Made by a program: the position numbers and the translations under genes
Notes under the pieces: generated by a model
What the model was told of the DNA's origin: nothing
The model's input: only the letters and a program-made list of their open reading frames with translations
Databases searched by the model: none
Shown here: piece by piece, positions 31,056 through 46,600 of the stretch
Layout of the letters: each line of letters begins with the position of its first letter
Position numbering within the stretch: position 1 is the first letter of the stretch
Assembly: GCA_964016885.1 (NCBI GenBank)
Contig: OZ024762.1
Span: forward strand, 23,188,001-23,252,000
From: Eledone cirrhosa
Taxonomy: Eukaryota
DNA: 64,000 nt
Direction of reading: 5' to 3'

Positions 31056-31606
31056 CATGGTCGGGTCGTTGGCGATTAAACTGGCAACCCGACCAAGGCT
31101 TCTTGGTGAGGAGGGCGACTTTGGACATCCTGCAGCATTAAAGACAAAACCTGTCAAAGGGCAAAGGAGCTCTTAAGAGTCAATGGCCATCCAAAATCAC
31201 CGGGAGAGATGACCCCTTAGCCTTTGTCAAGGCAGAATTCTAGGAGAAGGAAAACTCTAATATAACACCTGCAACTCTGATGGTATCCAATGATGTTGAC
31301 TTGTTCTTATTTTTGGTAAATATCATCTTGGTTAAGAGAGTGGGACTGGTTTTGTGCAGTGCCTTTGCTCACTATAAAAGCTTCACGGCACAGGCATTGC
31401 TTTATATCTGGAGATCTCTCTGCACTTGTCACATGGTACCATGGGCCCAGCACTATGTGTCAATAATTGTCACAAGTGTAGTGTTTGTACCAGAGTTTTG
31501 AAGTCGCTGGCTGGACTAAAAAGTCACTCGTTCAGCGCATCGATAGGGGTTCTCCTACATGGATATAAAGTAGTGGCCGTACTCGAAAACTAGTTGGCAG
31601 CCACCA
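31056..31606 (+). mobile_element. Short RTE-derived non-autonomous retroelement, copy 1
   Basis: Near-identical to 35663-36271 (reverse). Contains GGAGAAGGAAAACTCT and a C2H2 remnant CSVCTRVLKSLAGLKSH; ends GGCAGCCACCA-(TA)n. Confidence 0.75.
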
Positions 31607-32272
31607 TATATGTATGTAAGAATGTATGAGTATGTGTGTATGTATGCAAATGTGCGTATAAGTGCGTGTATGTGTGTGTATGTGTGTGTGTGTGTATGTA
31701 AGTATGTATATATATATGTAAATATGTATGTAAGTATGTATTTATGTGTGTAGTAGTTTTGTCTACGTGGGTTGCTTGCTGTCAATGTTTGCGTGTGTGA
31801 TTATTAGGAAGGTATTACGTACATATGCATGTGTACATTAGGTTGGCCCTTATTTTTCAACCTTCTAACTCTTTAGACCCCTCACCCCTATCGTGTTCCA
31901 ATTAACACAATACTAATCTATGCGAAGTTTTAGCTTAAGCGGACCAATGCCAGGCGACCCTCATCGACCGTGAAATTATGAAGTTTTCGCCCGGAAAGTC
32001 ATTTTCTCAGATACATGTGTTTTTATCTCTTATATAATTTTCTTTTAAATTAAGAACTTGTTTAGACTTATTCTTGGTATTAGAAGGATAAGTGACACAT
32101 TTAATGGGGGAAGGCAACTTGCAACGCTGGGGACAGAGTGCAGGTAAAGTCAAACACTTATTTACCGCTGTGGGAGCAGCAACATTTTAACTTTCCGAAA
32201 ATTACCTATTGCTAAGCGCCACATATATCCGTTTGTGGTTGACAGCTAAAAGAAATGACTACTCGGTATTGA

Positions 32273-32317
<45 letters not shown>

Positions 32318-32539
32318 TATGTATATATATACACTCCTTACTATCCTTGCTTTCATATTTCTACTTGCTTTCCTTTATCATTGTATATAAGCAAGTACAT
32401 AGATACAAGAAGAAAGGGAGAGCTAGGAGAAGTGGTAATCAAGGAGAGCAATGAGAAATGAAGGGCAAGGAGAGCAAGGAGAGAAATGAGAGAAATGAGA
32501 GGAAGAGCGATAGAGATGAAGAGCGAGAGAGAGAAAGAT

Positions 32540-32580
<41 letters not shown>

Positions 32581-33074
32581 GAGAGAGTAGAATTGGAAAT
32601 AACACGGAAAATATATTTAAGGAGCTGTTTTTGTTTTTTCTTCTTTGATTAGTCAAAGTGACATTATTGGACACACACACACACACACACAGCATATGGA
32701 ATCCGAATTGTTTGAATACATACACCGGATTAGCATTTCTTGATGTGCTCATTTACATATTAACGAAACGCGTGTCAGTTATATAACAAATATTAATCCT
32801 TCAATTGCGAAATTAGTGTAATGATGTAATTTATTAATTTATATATATATATATATATATCAGAGAAAGAGAGATGTGGCGGGGGTGGGTCAATACATAA
32901 GATGTAGAGTTGTCACATATCACATATTTTATATATATTCAATAATTCCAACTGATTGTTCATTACACCTTGAACGAGCGAATCTCGCGCCAACATTTCT
33001 ATGCATATTTATCCCCGCTGACGAGGCTTGAAGATGCTTTGAAGCGGACGGTATCTTTGTGGTGACTATAACAT

Positions 33075-33106
33075 TATATACATACATATATATATATACA
33101 TATATC

Positions 33107-33144
<38 letters not shown>

Positions 33145-35307
33145 TCTATATATATACATATACATATATATACATATATACATATATATAAATATATATA
33201 TAAATATATATATATGCATATATATATACATATATATATAACTATATATATAACTATATATATATCTATATATATACCTATATATATATCTATATACCTA
33301 TATATATATCTATATATATACATATATATATACATATATATATACATATATATATACATATATATACACACATATATATACATATATATATACACATATA
33401 TATACATATATATATACACATATATATACATATATATATACACATATATATACATATATATATATACATATATATATACATATATATACACATATATATA
33501 CATATATATACACATATATATACATATATATACACATCTATATACATATATATATACATATATATATATGCATATATATACATGCATATATATACATATA
33601 TATATTAATATATATACATATATATATGCATATATATATACATATATATATGCATATATATATACATACATATATATGCATATATATATACATATATATA
33701 TGCATATATATATACATACATATATGCATATATATATACATACATATATATGCATATATATATACATATATATATGCATATATATATATACATACATATA
33801 TATATACATACATACATACATATATGCATATATATATATACATACATATATATATACATACATACATATATATATGCATATATATATACATACATATATA
33901 TATACATACATACATACATATATATACATATATACATACATACATACATATATACATACATACATATATATATACATACATACATATATACATATATATA
34001 TACATACATACATATATATATACATACATACATATATACATACATACATACATACATATATATATACATACATACATATATACATACATACACATACATA
34101 CATATATACATACATACATACATATATACATGTACACATATACATATATATACATATATATATACATATATATATACATATATATACACATATATATACA
34201 TATATATATACATATATATACACATATATATACATATATATACATATATATACACATATATATACACATATATATACACATATATATATACACATATATA
34301 TACATATATATATATACATATATATACATACATATATATACATATATATATACATATATATACATACATATACATACATATATATACATACATATACATA
34401 CATATATATACATATATATATACATATATATACATATATATATACATATATACATATATATACACATATATATATATACATATATATATACATATACATA
34501 TATATATACATATATATATACATATACATATACATATACATATATATATACATATACATATACATATATATATACATATACATATATATATACATATATA
34601 TATACATATACATATATATATACATATATATATACATATACATATATATATACATATATATATACATATACATATATATATACATATACATATATATATA
34701 CATATACATATATATATACATATATATATACATATACATATATATATACATATACATATATATATACATATACATATATATATACATATATATATACATA
34801 TACATATATATATACATATATATATACATATACATATATATATATATATATACATATATATATACATATACATATACATATATATACATATATATATATA
34901 CATATATATATATACATATATATACATATATATACATATATATATATACATATATATATATACATATATATATATACATATATATATATACATATATATA
35001 TATACATATATATATATACATATATATATATACATATATATATATACATATATATATATACATATATATATATACATATATATATATACATATATATATA
35101 TACATATATATATATACATATATATATATACATATATATATATACATATATATATACATATATATATATACATATATATATATACATATATATATATACA
35201 TATATATATATACATATATATATACATATATATATACATATATATATACATATATATATATACATATATATATATACATATATATATATACATATATATA
35301 TACATAC

Positions 35308-35338
<31 letters not shown>

Positions 35339-35365
35339 CATATATATACATATATATACATATAC

Positions 35366-35397
<32 letters not shown>

Positions 35398-35477
35398 ATA
35401 TATACATATACATATATATATATATACATATACATATACATATATATACATATACATATATATATATATACATATAC

Positions 35478-35511
<34 letters not shown>

Positions 35512-35603
35512 ATATATACATATACATATATATATACATATACATATACATATATATATACATATATATATACATATACTTATATATATATATATATATA
35601 CAC

Positions 35604-35634
<31 letters not shown>

Positions 35635-35662
35635 CACATATATATATATATATATATATATA
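33075..35662. repeat. (TA)n/(TACA)n compound microsatellite, ~2.6 kb
   Basis: Direct inspection. Confidence 0.95.
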
Positions 35663-36271
35663 TGGTGGCTGCCAACTCGTTTTCGAGTACGGCCACTACT
35701 TTATATCCATGTAGGAGAACTCCTACCGATGCGCTGAACGAGTGTGACTTTTTAGTCTAGCCAGCGACTTGAAAACTCTGGTACAAACACTGCACCTGTG
35801 ACAATTATTGACACATAGTGCTGGGCCCATGGTACCATGTGAGGACAAGTGCAGAGAGATCTCCAGATATAAAGCAATGCCTGTGCCGTGAAGCTTTTAT
35901 AGTGAGCAAAGGCACTGCACAAAGCCAGTCCCACTCTCTTAACCAAGATGATATTTACCAAAAAGAAGAACAAGTCAACATCATTGGATACCATCAGGGT
36001 TGCAGGTGTTATATCAGAGTTTTCCTTCTCCTAGAATTCTGCCTTGACAAAGGCTAAGGGGTCATATCTCCCGGTGGTTTTGGATGGCCATTGACTCTTA
36101 AGAGCTCCTTTGCCTTTTGACAGGTTTTGTTTTTAGTCCTGCAGGATGTCCAAAGTCACCCTCCTCACCAAGAAACCTTGGTGGGGTTGCCAGTTTAGTC
36201 GCCAACGACCCGACCATGAGACAGGTTGTACTGGGATACATGTTACCAGTAGCACCAACTGGTGACCTGGC
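35663..36271 (-). mobile_element. Short RTE-derived non-autonomous retroelement, copy 2 (longest)
   Basis: As copy 1, ~65 bp longer at the 5' end; both ends abut (TA)n. Confidence 0.75.
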
Positions 36272-36484
36272 ATAATATATATATATACACATATATATAT
36301 ACACATATATACACACACATATATATACACACACATACATATATATATATATACACACATATATACACACACACATATATATATATATACACACATACAT
36401 ATATATATATATACACACATATATACACACACACATATATATATATATACACACATACATATATATATATATACACACATATAT

Positions 36485-36541
<57 letters not shown>

Positions 36542-36815
36542 TATACACATATATATATATATATATATACACATATCTATATACACACATATATATTCAC
36601 ACACACACATATATATATACACACACACATATATATACACACACACATATATACACATACACATATATATACACACACACACATATACACACACATATAC
36701 ACACACACACATATATACACACACACACATACACACACATATATACACACACACACCCACATACACACACACACACACATACACACCCACACACACCCAC
36801 ACCCACACCCACACC

Positions 36816-36855
<40 letters not shown>

Positions 36856-36856
<1 letters not shown>

Positions 36857-37203
36857 GGTGGCTGCCAACTCGTTTTCGAGTACGGCCACTACTTTATATC
36901 CATGTAGGAGAACCCCTACCGATGCTCTGAACGAGTGTAACTTTTTAGTTCAGCCAGCGACTTGAAAACTCTGGTACAAACACTACACTTGTGACAATTA
37001 TTGACACAGTGCTGGGCCCATGGTACCATGTGACGACAAGTGCAGAGAGATCTCCAGATATAAAGCAATACCTGTGCCGTGAAGCTTTTATAGTGAGCAA
37101 AGGAACTGCACAAAGCCAGTCCCACTCTCTTAACCAAGATGATATTTACCAAAAAGAAGAACAAGTCAACATCATTGGATACCATCAGGGTTGCAGGTGT
37201 TAT
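36856..37203 (-). mobile_element. Short RTE-derived non-autonomous retroelement, copy 3 (5'-truncated)
   Basis: Same 3' terminus; ORF 36916-37185 ends [23 protein letters not shown]. Confidence 0.75.
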
Positions 37204-37368
37204 TCATATATATACACATATATATATATATATACAGACATATATATACACATATATATATATACACATATATATATATACACATACACACATATATATA
37301 TATACATATATATATATGTGTGTATGTGTATATATATATATGTGTATATATATATGTGTATATATATG

Positions 37369-37420
<52 letters not shown>

Positions 37421-37500
37421 CAAGTATTGAAGTTTCCGTTGAAAATTGAAAACGTCATAGGGGTGAAGAGTGCTCTATGTAAGTACCAGAGCAAAATTGA

Positions 37501-37700
37501 ATGTGTAATAAACAATACAATATAATTACCTCATTACCAGAGGTTTCCAGAATAAGACGAATACGAAAAACGTCCTCATTCATTCATTCATCGGACATAA
37601 ATTGCCTTGTCCGATGAACGAATGAGGACGTTTTTCGTATTCGTCTTATTCGGGAAACCTCTGGTAATGAGGTAAATATATTGTATTGTTTATTATACAT
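37501..37700. repeat. Fold-back palindrome, ~95-bp arms (putative Penelope-like element end)
   Basis: 37501-37597 pairs with 37608-37700 with few mismatches and one 4-nt indel. Confidence 0.9.
37602..37675 (+). ncRNA. Type I hammerhead ribozyme-like fold with variant core
   Basis: Stem I UUGCCUUGU/AUGAGGUAA; core CCGAUGA (37611-17); stem II CGAAUGA(G)GACG/CGUCUUAUUCG closed by an A.G mismatch; GAAA (37654-57); stem III CC-UCU-GG; GUA site at 37664-66. Confidence 0.65.
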
Positions 37701-37701
37701 T

Positions 37702-37737
<36 letters not shown>

Positions 37738-37767
37738 TACATATATATAGGTGCATATATACATATT

Positions 37768-38268
37768 TATCTATCTAAGGCGGGTAAAATTCCCGAGATC
37801 CATGGACGAGTTCTCTCCAGCGGTCTCTGTCCCTCATTATCGCTGCCATGTCCTGCGTCTCCAACAGACCAGTGTCTGTCCTTAGGGCATCAACATACGT
37901 TAACCTTGGTCTTCCTCTTCTAGTGTGTCCACGTAGGGGCTCCCAAAGCAGTACTGAGTGCAATGTCAACTCTGGATGTCGGTGAGAATGTCCAGCTAAC
38001 ATCAGTCTCCTCTGTGTCACTTTTGAGCTGACTTTTGGGATGCTCCCATACAGCTCTGAGTTTTTCATCCTCAGTGTATACTGATTAATGTTCAGAGCCA
38101 TACTCAGCATTCTCGTGTAGCACCCATCCACCATCTGAGTGAGTTTCTTGGTCAGTGTCCAAGTCTCAGACCCATACAGCAGCACAGACTCCACTACAGC
38201 AATGAAGAGACGGATTTTCAGGTCTCTACGAAGGTCCGACTTCCACACCGATCTCAAGCTGTGGCACG
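37768..38268 (-). mobile_element. RTE-clade LINE, 5'-truncated 3' end (ORF2 C-terminus) with (TAGA)n tail
   Basis: VWKSDL...KIRLF..VVESVLLYGSETWTLT...DGCYTRML...LAGHSHRH...[17 protein letters not shown]; stop at 37775 runs straight into TAGATA. Confidence 0.9.
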
Positions 38269-38504
38269 GATATATATAGGCGTATATATATACATATATA
38301 CGCCTATATATACATATACGTATAAATACGTGCATGTATATATATATACGTCTATATATACTAAGTATATATATATATACATATATACGTATATATATTT
38401 ATATACACGTATATATATTTATATACACGTATATATACACACACATATATATTACACACACACACATATTACACACACATATATATATACGCACATATCT
38501 ATAC

Positions 38505-38551
<47 letters not shown>

Positions 38552-38588
38552 GGGAGACAAACATAAATTTGTCTATGTAGACAGACGA

Positions 38589-38641
<53 letters not shown>

Positions 38642-39109
38642 TATATATGTGTGTATATTTACATGTACTGGTATATCTATATCTATATGTATATATCTAT
38701 ATATCTTTCTATATATTATATACATTGTTTTATTGTATCATGTCTGCAAAATTTCTATACACTTTCTTCATCTAACATAATATATAATATAATATAACAT
38801 AATACAATATAATATAATATGAAACTATAATATCAAGCTATAAAATTAGCGAAGCATTTAAGAAATACGAGTTGAATTGCAAGAAACGATAATATTATTT
38901 TCTGAATTAAGTATAATTTTGTATCAAATTATCCGAACAATACAAAATTTAAATATAACAATTATATTGGCAGGGAGAGAGGTCCGTAGGAATGTGACAT
39001 TGTATAGGCAAGATGGTATTCTCTCTCTCTCTCTATAACAAGTATTCCTTGCAAGAGGGTAAACTATGTTTGTATATAACATGCTATATAGAAAGTACAC
39101 AATAGCTCA

Positions 39110-39260
39110 CATGTACACACACACACACACAAACAGACACTTATATACATACACAGACATACATATATACACACAGACATATATATCTATATCTCTATAT
39201 ATATATATATATATACAGACACACAAACATTTACACACACAGACAGGCACATATATACAT

Positions 39261-39305
<45 letters not shown>

Positions 39306-39507
39306 CACACACAGACATATATATATATATATATATATATACATACATACACACACATATATATATACACACATATATACACACATACACATATGTATAT
39401 ACACACAGACAAACATACATACATGCATAAATACATAGACTCACAAACACCTATATATTTATATATATATATATATACAAATATATAAGCACACTCATAC
39501 ATACTGC

Positions 39508-39542
<35 letters not shown>

Positions 39543-39650
39543 CATAGACACACAAACACACATTTACACACACAGACAGACACATATATACATATACACA
39601 CATACATACATATATACATACAGACATACATATATATATATATATACAAT

Positions 39651-39700
<50 letters not shown>

Positions 39701-40028
39701 TACACATGTATATACACAGACACACACACATACATGCATAAATACATAGTCACAAACACCTATATATTTATATATATATATATATATATACAAATATATA
39801 AGCACACTCATACATACTGCATATGTGTGTCTGTGTATATATATATATATATATATACACATATATATATATACACACACATATATACACACACATACAC
39901 ATATGTATATACACACAGACAAACATACATACATGCATAAATACATAGACTCACAAACACCTATATATTTATATATATATATATATATATATATACGCAA
40001 ATATATAAGCACACTCATACATACTGCA

Positions 40029-40072
<44 letters not shown>

Positions 40073-40400
40073 GACACACAAACACACATTTACACACACA
40101 GACAGACACATATATACATATACACACATATATACATACAGACATACATATATATATATATACAATCACACACACACATATATATATATACACACACACA
40201 CACATACACATGTATATACACACAGACACATATATACATATATATATACACATATATACACACACATACACATATGTATATACACAGACAATACATACAT
40301 ATACACATACATGCATAAATACATAGAGTCACAAACACCTATATATTTATATATATATATATATATACAAATATATAAGCACACTCATACATACTGCATA

Positions 40401-40442
<42 letters not shown>

Positions 40443-40522
40443 TATATATACACACACATATATACACATATGTATATACACACAGACAAACATACATACA
40501 TAAATACATAGACTCACCAACA

Positions 40523-40566
<44 letters not shown>

Positions 40567-40597
40567 AATATATAAGCACACTCATACATACTGCATA

Positions 40598-40681
<84 letters not shown>

Positions 40682-40844
40682 AGTTGGCCTAAGTGTGTAC
40701 TGGCTTTGTATTAAAAGAAACTATGAAGCAAATAATTTGTCAGAATAATAATAATAATAATAACAACAACAACAAGAATAACAACTCTGATTATTGTCAG
40801 CAATTCTGTTGGAGAAGTAAGAACAAATGTTTTGAAGTAGCAGT

Positions 40845-40890
<46 letters not shown>

Positions 40891-40965
40891 TTTATATATA
40901 TATATATACATAGACACACAAACACACATTTACACACACAGACAGACACATATATACATATACAC

Positions 40966-41054
<89 letters not shown>

Positions 41055-41089
41055 TACATACATGTATATACACACAGACACACACTATA

Positions 41090-41090
<1 letters not shown>
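39110..41090. repeat. Tandemly duplicated compound CA/TA microsatellite cassette (units of several hundred bp)
   Basis: Landmarks CACATTTACACACACAGACAG, GCATAAATACATAG and AAGCACACTCATACATACTGCAT recur in order 4-6 times. Confidence 0.85.
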
Positions 41091-41121
<31 letters not shown>

Positions 41122-41148
41122 CCTCTCTTTCTAATATATATATATATA

Positions 41149-41195
<47 letters not shown>

Positions 41196-41206
41196 TCTAT
41201 ATATAT

Positions 41207-41260
<54 letters not shown>

Positions 41261-41377
41261 TTTTTTTCTTTAGATTTCAATGACAAAACAATGACCGTCT
41301 ATTGTGTGAAAAATTATTAAATATATTTATAGTAATCGGCTGTATTATTACTATTATTATTATTATTATTATTATTG

Positions 41378-41510
41378 GGGATTGGCCGTATCGGTAGGAG
41401 GTCGGACGCCGAGGTTAACTTTGCCTTTCATCCTTACGGTGTCGATAAAATAACGTACAAGTCATGCACTGGTTAATTGCTGGCCTTGTGCCAAAAATAG
41501 AAACAATCAT
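41378..41510 (+). mobile_element. Family-A SINE, internally deleted
   Basis: Head joined to body at CGCC (GGACGCC|GAGGTTAAC), B-box lost. Confidence 0.75.
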
Positions 41511-41916
41511 CACTATTTCTAGCAGAAAAGCCACCCTTCGGGTTGTTTTCTGCTAGCATTTCTAGTGTGTATGTTGATATTATACGCAAGTATATATATA
41601 CATGTAGATATGATACATCAAATAAAATCGTAGTTGACAATATACACAGAAATTGAACGAAAACTGCGTTACACTGTCTTATGTAATCAGTAACGTAATC
41701 CTTGATACATTGTAAAAAAAGACGGTATTATATATAACCTGCATTAGGGAGAAAATTAGTGGCAGAAAATTAATATGCTTATTTAAGCGATCGCCACCGG
41801 AAGTGTCGACATTTGAAAATTTTAAAGAAGTGAATCTTTAAATAAATAATAAAATATATTTAATTAACAGCCACGAAATTTAGTAGATTAATTATGTAAT
41901 ATTCATTCATTATTTT

Positions 41917-42030
41917 TTCAAATCCCGCCGAGGTTAACTTTGCCTTTCATCCTTACGGGGTCGATAAAATAAAGTACCAGTAATGTACTGGGTAATTACT
42001 GGCTTTGTGCCAAAATGTAGAAACTATTTA
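41917..42030 (+). mobile_element. Family-A SINE, 5'-truncated
   Basis: TTCAAATCCCGCCGAGG...GTAGAAACTATT. Confidence 0.8.
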
Positions 42031-42328
42031 TTCAAAGTAATCGAACTTATTTTACTAAGGGGATAACAAATTATAAACCGCACAGAGTCAAGCGCTTCTT
42101 ACTTTATTATAGTTTAGATTATCAAGAGTTATAAACGACGTTAATAAGTTTAGTAAAAGTCCATAACTCTTTATAGAGTTGTAAAGTGTGCTGTTCAGGA
42201 ATACGGTGTGTCTTGGCCATTTGAAACCTGGTGTAGGGTATCTCACTCTCCAGGTCGGACAGTCAGAGAAAGAGGGAGAGATATTTCCTTTTTTGTTCTC
42301 ATTATTTATATGTGGATTATTTATATAG

Positions 42329-42518
42329 GGCGGTGGATTGGCAGTATCGGTAGAGGGTCGGACGCCATGCTTTCCAGCATAGTTACGTCCCTTTACGATC
42401 TGAGTTCAAATCACGCCGAGGTTGACTTTGCCTTTCATCCTTACGGGGTCGATAAAATAAAGTACCAGTAAGGCACTGGATAATTGCTGGCCTTGTGCCT
42501 AAAGTAGAAACAATTATT
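42329..42518 (+). mobile_element. Family-A SINE, full length
   Basis: A-box and B-box-like motifs, body and tail as at 6334-6525. Confidence 0.85.
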
Positions 42519-43234
42519 TATATGTATTATGTCTATATATTACAATCACAGACACACTCATACATACATACATACATACATACATACATACATACATACA
42601 TACATACACACATACACACATACATGCACACACATATATATACATATAAAGCTACACAGCATTTACAAGAAAACAGTCACAAGTTCACATAAGTGTCTAT
42701 ACGAGTGAGTGTGTGTACGAGTTCACATAAGTGTCTATACGAGTGAGTGTGTGTACGAGTTTATATATATGTGTACGTCAGTTGGTTTGTATGCGCGCAT
42801 ACAAGCGCGCTTCTATATGCGTGTGTATATGCGCGTGTGTGTATGCGTGTGTGTATGCGTGTGTGTGTATATGCGTGTCTGTACGTGCGTTTGTACGTGC
42901 GTGTATGTATGTATGTGCGTTTGTATATATATATATATATATGTCTGTTTGTATGTGTTTAAAATCACAACAGAACAATTTTTTTTAACGTTAGAGTGTA
43001 AAGCAACAACAAAAACAAACCGTTACTGCGAATAATAATGGCGTCGCTATCTGGTGCGAAATATTGTGTCAGCCATTACAGCTGCAAATTGTAGGAAGAC
43101 GTCGACCATATTGTGAACTAATTCAGAACTAATGATAAGATCTTCATTTATATTTTGTAGAAAACTGAGACAGAAAAATATTAACACATACAACTAATAT
43201 TCTTCACAAGCGCACATATATATATATATATATG

Positions 43235-43300
<66 letters not shown>

Positions 43301-43689
43301 TGTGTGTGTACAATTGCGAACATATATATGATTATGTAGCAGAAACAAGCAGGTGCATTCGTATATATATAATATATATATACAAATATATAAACATATA
43401 TACACTCACATATATGGTACATAGATATAACACATATATACATACTCATATACGTATATATATATATATAACATATATACATACACTAATATATAACATA
43501 AATACGTACAATCATATATACACATATACACATTTTTCTAATATACATGTCTGTGTGTATTAATATATAATACACACACACACACTGATGTATATAATTC
43601 ATATATGACAGTATGTGTGCGTATATATATGTTTATAAAAATGTATATGTGTTTATCAATGCATGTGTGTACGTAATTGTGTGTGTGTG

Positions 43690-46600
43690 TAATTCTGTGT
43701 GTATGTAACTAACTAACTGTGTGTAACTAACTGTGTGTAACTAACTGTGTGTAACTAACTGTGTGTAACTAACTGTGTGTAACTAACTGTGTGTAACTAA
43801 CTGTGTGTAACTAACTGTGTGTAACTAACTGTGTGTAACTAACTGTGTGTAACTAACTGTGTGTAACTAACTGTGTGTAACTAACTGTGTGTATCTAACT
43901 GTGTGTAACTAACTGTGTGTAACTAACTGTGTGTAACTAACTGTGTGTAACTAACTGTGTGTAACTAACTGTGTGTATCTAACTGTGTGTATGTAACTGT
44001 GTGTATGTAACTGTATGTAACTGTGTATGTAACTGTGTATGTAACTGTGTATGTAACTGTGTGTATGTAACTGTGTGTATGTAACTGTGTGTATGTAACT
44101 GTGTGTATGTAACTGTGTGAATCTAACTGTGTATCTAACTGTGTGTATGTAACTGTGTGTATGTAACTGTATGTAACTGTGTGTATGTAACTATGTATGT
44201 AACTGTGTGTATGTAACTGTGTGTATGTAACTGTGTATGTAACTGCGTGTATGTAACTGCGTGTATGTAACTGCGTGTATGTAACTGCGTGTATGTAACT
44301 GCGTGTATGTAACTGTGTGTATGTAACTGTGTGTATGTAACTGTGTGTATGTAACTGTGTATGTAACTGTGTATGTAACTGTGTGTATGTAACTGTGTGT
44401 ATGTAAACTGTGTGTATGTAAACTGTGTGTATGTAAACTGTGTGTATGTAACTGTGTGTATGTAACTATGTATGTAACTGTGTATCTAACTGTGTGTATG
44501 TAACTGTGTATGTAACTGTGTGTATGTAACTGTGTGTATGTAACTGTGTGTATGTAACTGTGTGTATGTAACTGTGTATGTAACTGTGTGTATGTAACTG
44601 TGTGTATGTAACTGTGTGTATGTAAACTGTGTGTATGTAAACTGTGTGTATGTAACTGTATCTAACTGTGTGTATCTAACTGTGTGTATGTAACTGTGTG
44701 TATCTAACTGTGTGTATCTAACTGTGTGTATCTAACTGTGTGTATGTAAACTGTGTGTATGTAAACTGTGTGTATGTAAACTGTGTGTATGTAAACTGTG
44801 TGTATGTAACTGTGTGTATCTAACTGTGTGTATCTAACTGTGTGTATCTAAACTGTGTGTATGTAACTGTGTGTATCTAACTGTGTGTATCTAACTGTGT
44901 GTATCTAACTGTGTGTATGTAACTGTGTGTATGTAACTGTGTGTATGTAACTGTGTGTATGTAACTGTGTGTATGTAACTGTGTGTATGTAACTGTGTGT
45001 ATGTAACTGTGTGTATGTAACTGTGTGTATGTAACTGTGTGTATGTAACTGTGTGTATGTAACTGTGTGTATGTAACTGTGTGTATGTAACTGTGTGTAT
45101 GTAACTGTGTGTATGTAACTGTGTGTATGTAACTGTGTGTATGTAACTGTGTGTATCTAACTGTGTGTATCTAACTGTGTGTATCTAACTGTGTGTATCT
45201 AACTGTGTGTATGTAACTGTGTGTATGTAACTGTGTGTATGTAACTGTGTGTATGTAAACTGTGTGTATGTAAACTGTGTGTATGTAAACTGTGTGTATG
45301 TAAACTGTGTGTATGTAAACTGTGTGTATGTAAACTGTGTGTATGTAAACTGTGTGTATGTAAACTGTGTGTATGTAACTGTGTGTATGTAAACTGTGTG
45401 TATGTAAACTGTGTGTATGTAAACTGTGTGTATGTAACTGTGTGTATGTAAACTGTGTGTATGTAACTGTGTGTATGTAAACTGTGTGTATGTAAACTGT
45501 GTGTATGTAAACTGTGTGTATGTAAACTGTGTGTATGTAAACTGTGTGTATGTAAACTGTGTGTATGTAACTGTGTGTATGTAACTATGTATCTAACTGT
45601 GTGTAACTAACTGTAACTAACTGTGTGTAACTGTGTGTATGTAACTGTGTGTATGTAACTGTGTGTATGTAACTGTGTGTATGTAACTGTGTGTATGTAA
45701 CTGTGTGTATGTAACTGTGTGTATGTAACTGTGTGTATGTAACTGTGTATGTAACTGTGTATGTAACTGTGTATGTAACTGTATGTAACTGTGTGTATGT
45801 AACTGCGTGTATGTGACTGTGTGTATGTAACTGTGTGTATGTAACTGTGTGTATGTAACTGTGTGTATGTAACTGTGTGTATGTAACTGTGTGTATGTAA
45901 CTGTGTGTATGTAACTGTGTAACTGTATGTAACTGTGTATGTAAATGTGTGTATGTAACTGTGTATGTAACTGTGTGTATGTAACTGTATGTAACTGTGT
46001 GTATGTAACTGTATATAACTGTGTGTATGTAACTGTGTGTATGTAACTGTGTGTATGTAACTGTGTATGTAACTGTGTGTATGTAGCTGTATGTATGTAG
46101 CTGTATGTATGTAACTGTATGTATGTAACTGTATGTAACTGTATGTAACTGTGTGAATGTAACTGTATGTAACTGTGTGTGTATGTAACTGTGTATGTAA
46201 CTGTGTGTATGTAACTGTGTGTATGTAACTGTATGTAACTGTGTATGTAACTGTATGTAACTGTGTGTATGTAACTGTTTATGTAACTGTATGTAACTGT
46301 GTGTATGTAACTGTATGTAACTGTATGTAACTGTGTATGTAACTGTAACTGTGTGTATGTAACTGTGTGTATGTAACTGTGTAACTGTGTGTATGTAACT
46401 GTGTGTATGTAACTGTATGTAACTGTGTGTATGTAACTGTGTCTGTAACTGTGTGTATGTAACTGTATGTAACTGTATGTAACTGTGTGTATGTAACTGT
46501 GTGTATGTAACTGTGTGTATGTAACTGTGTGTATGTAACTGTGTGTATGTAACTGTATGTAACTGTGTATGTAACTGTGTGTATGTAACTGTGTGTATGT

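Noticed and set aside
33018-33056. CTGACGAG...GAAG possible hammerhead remnant
   Set aside because: No GAAA in register and no convincing stem I or III.
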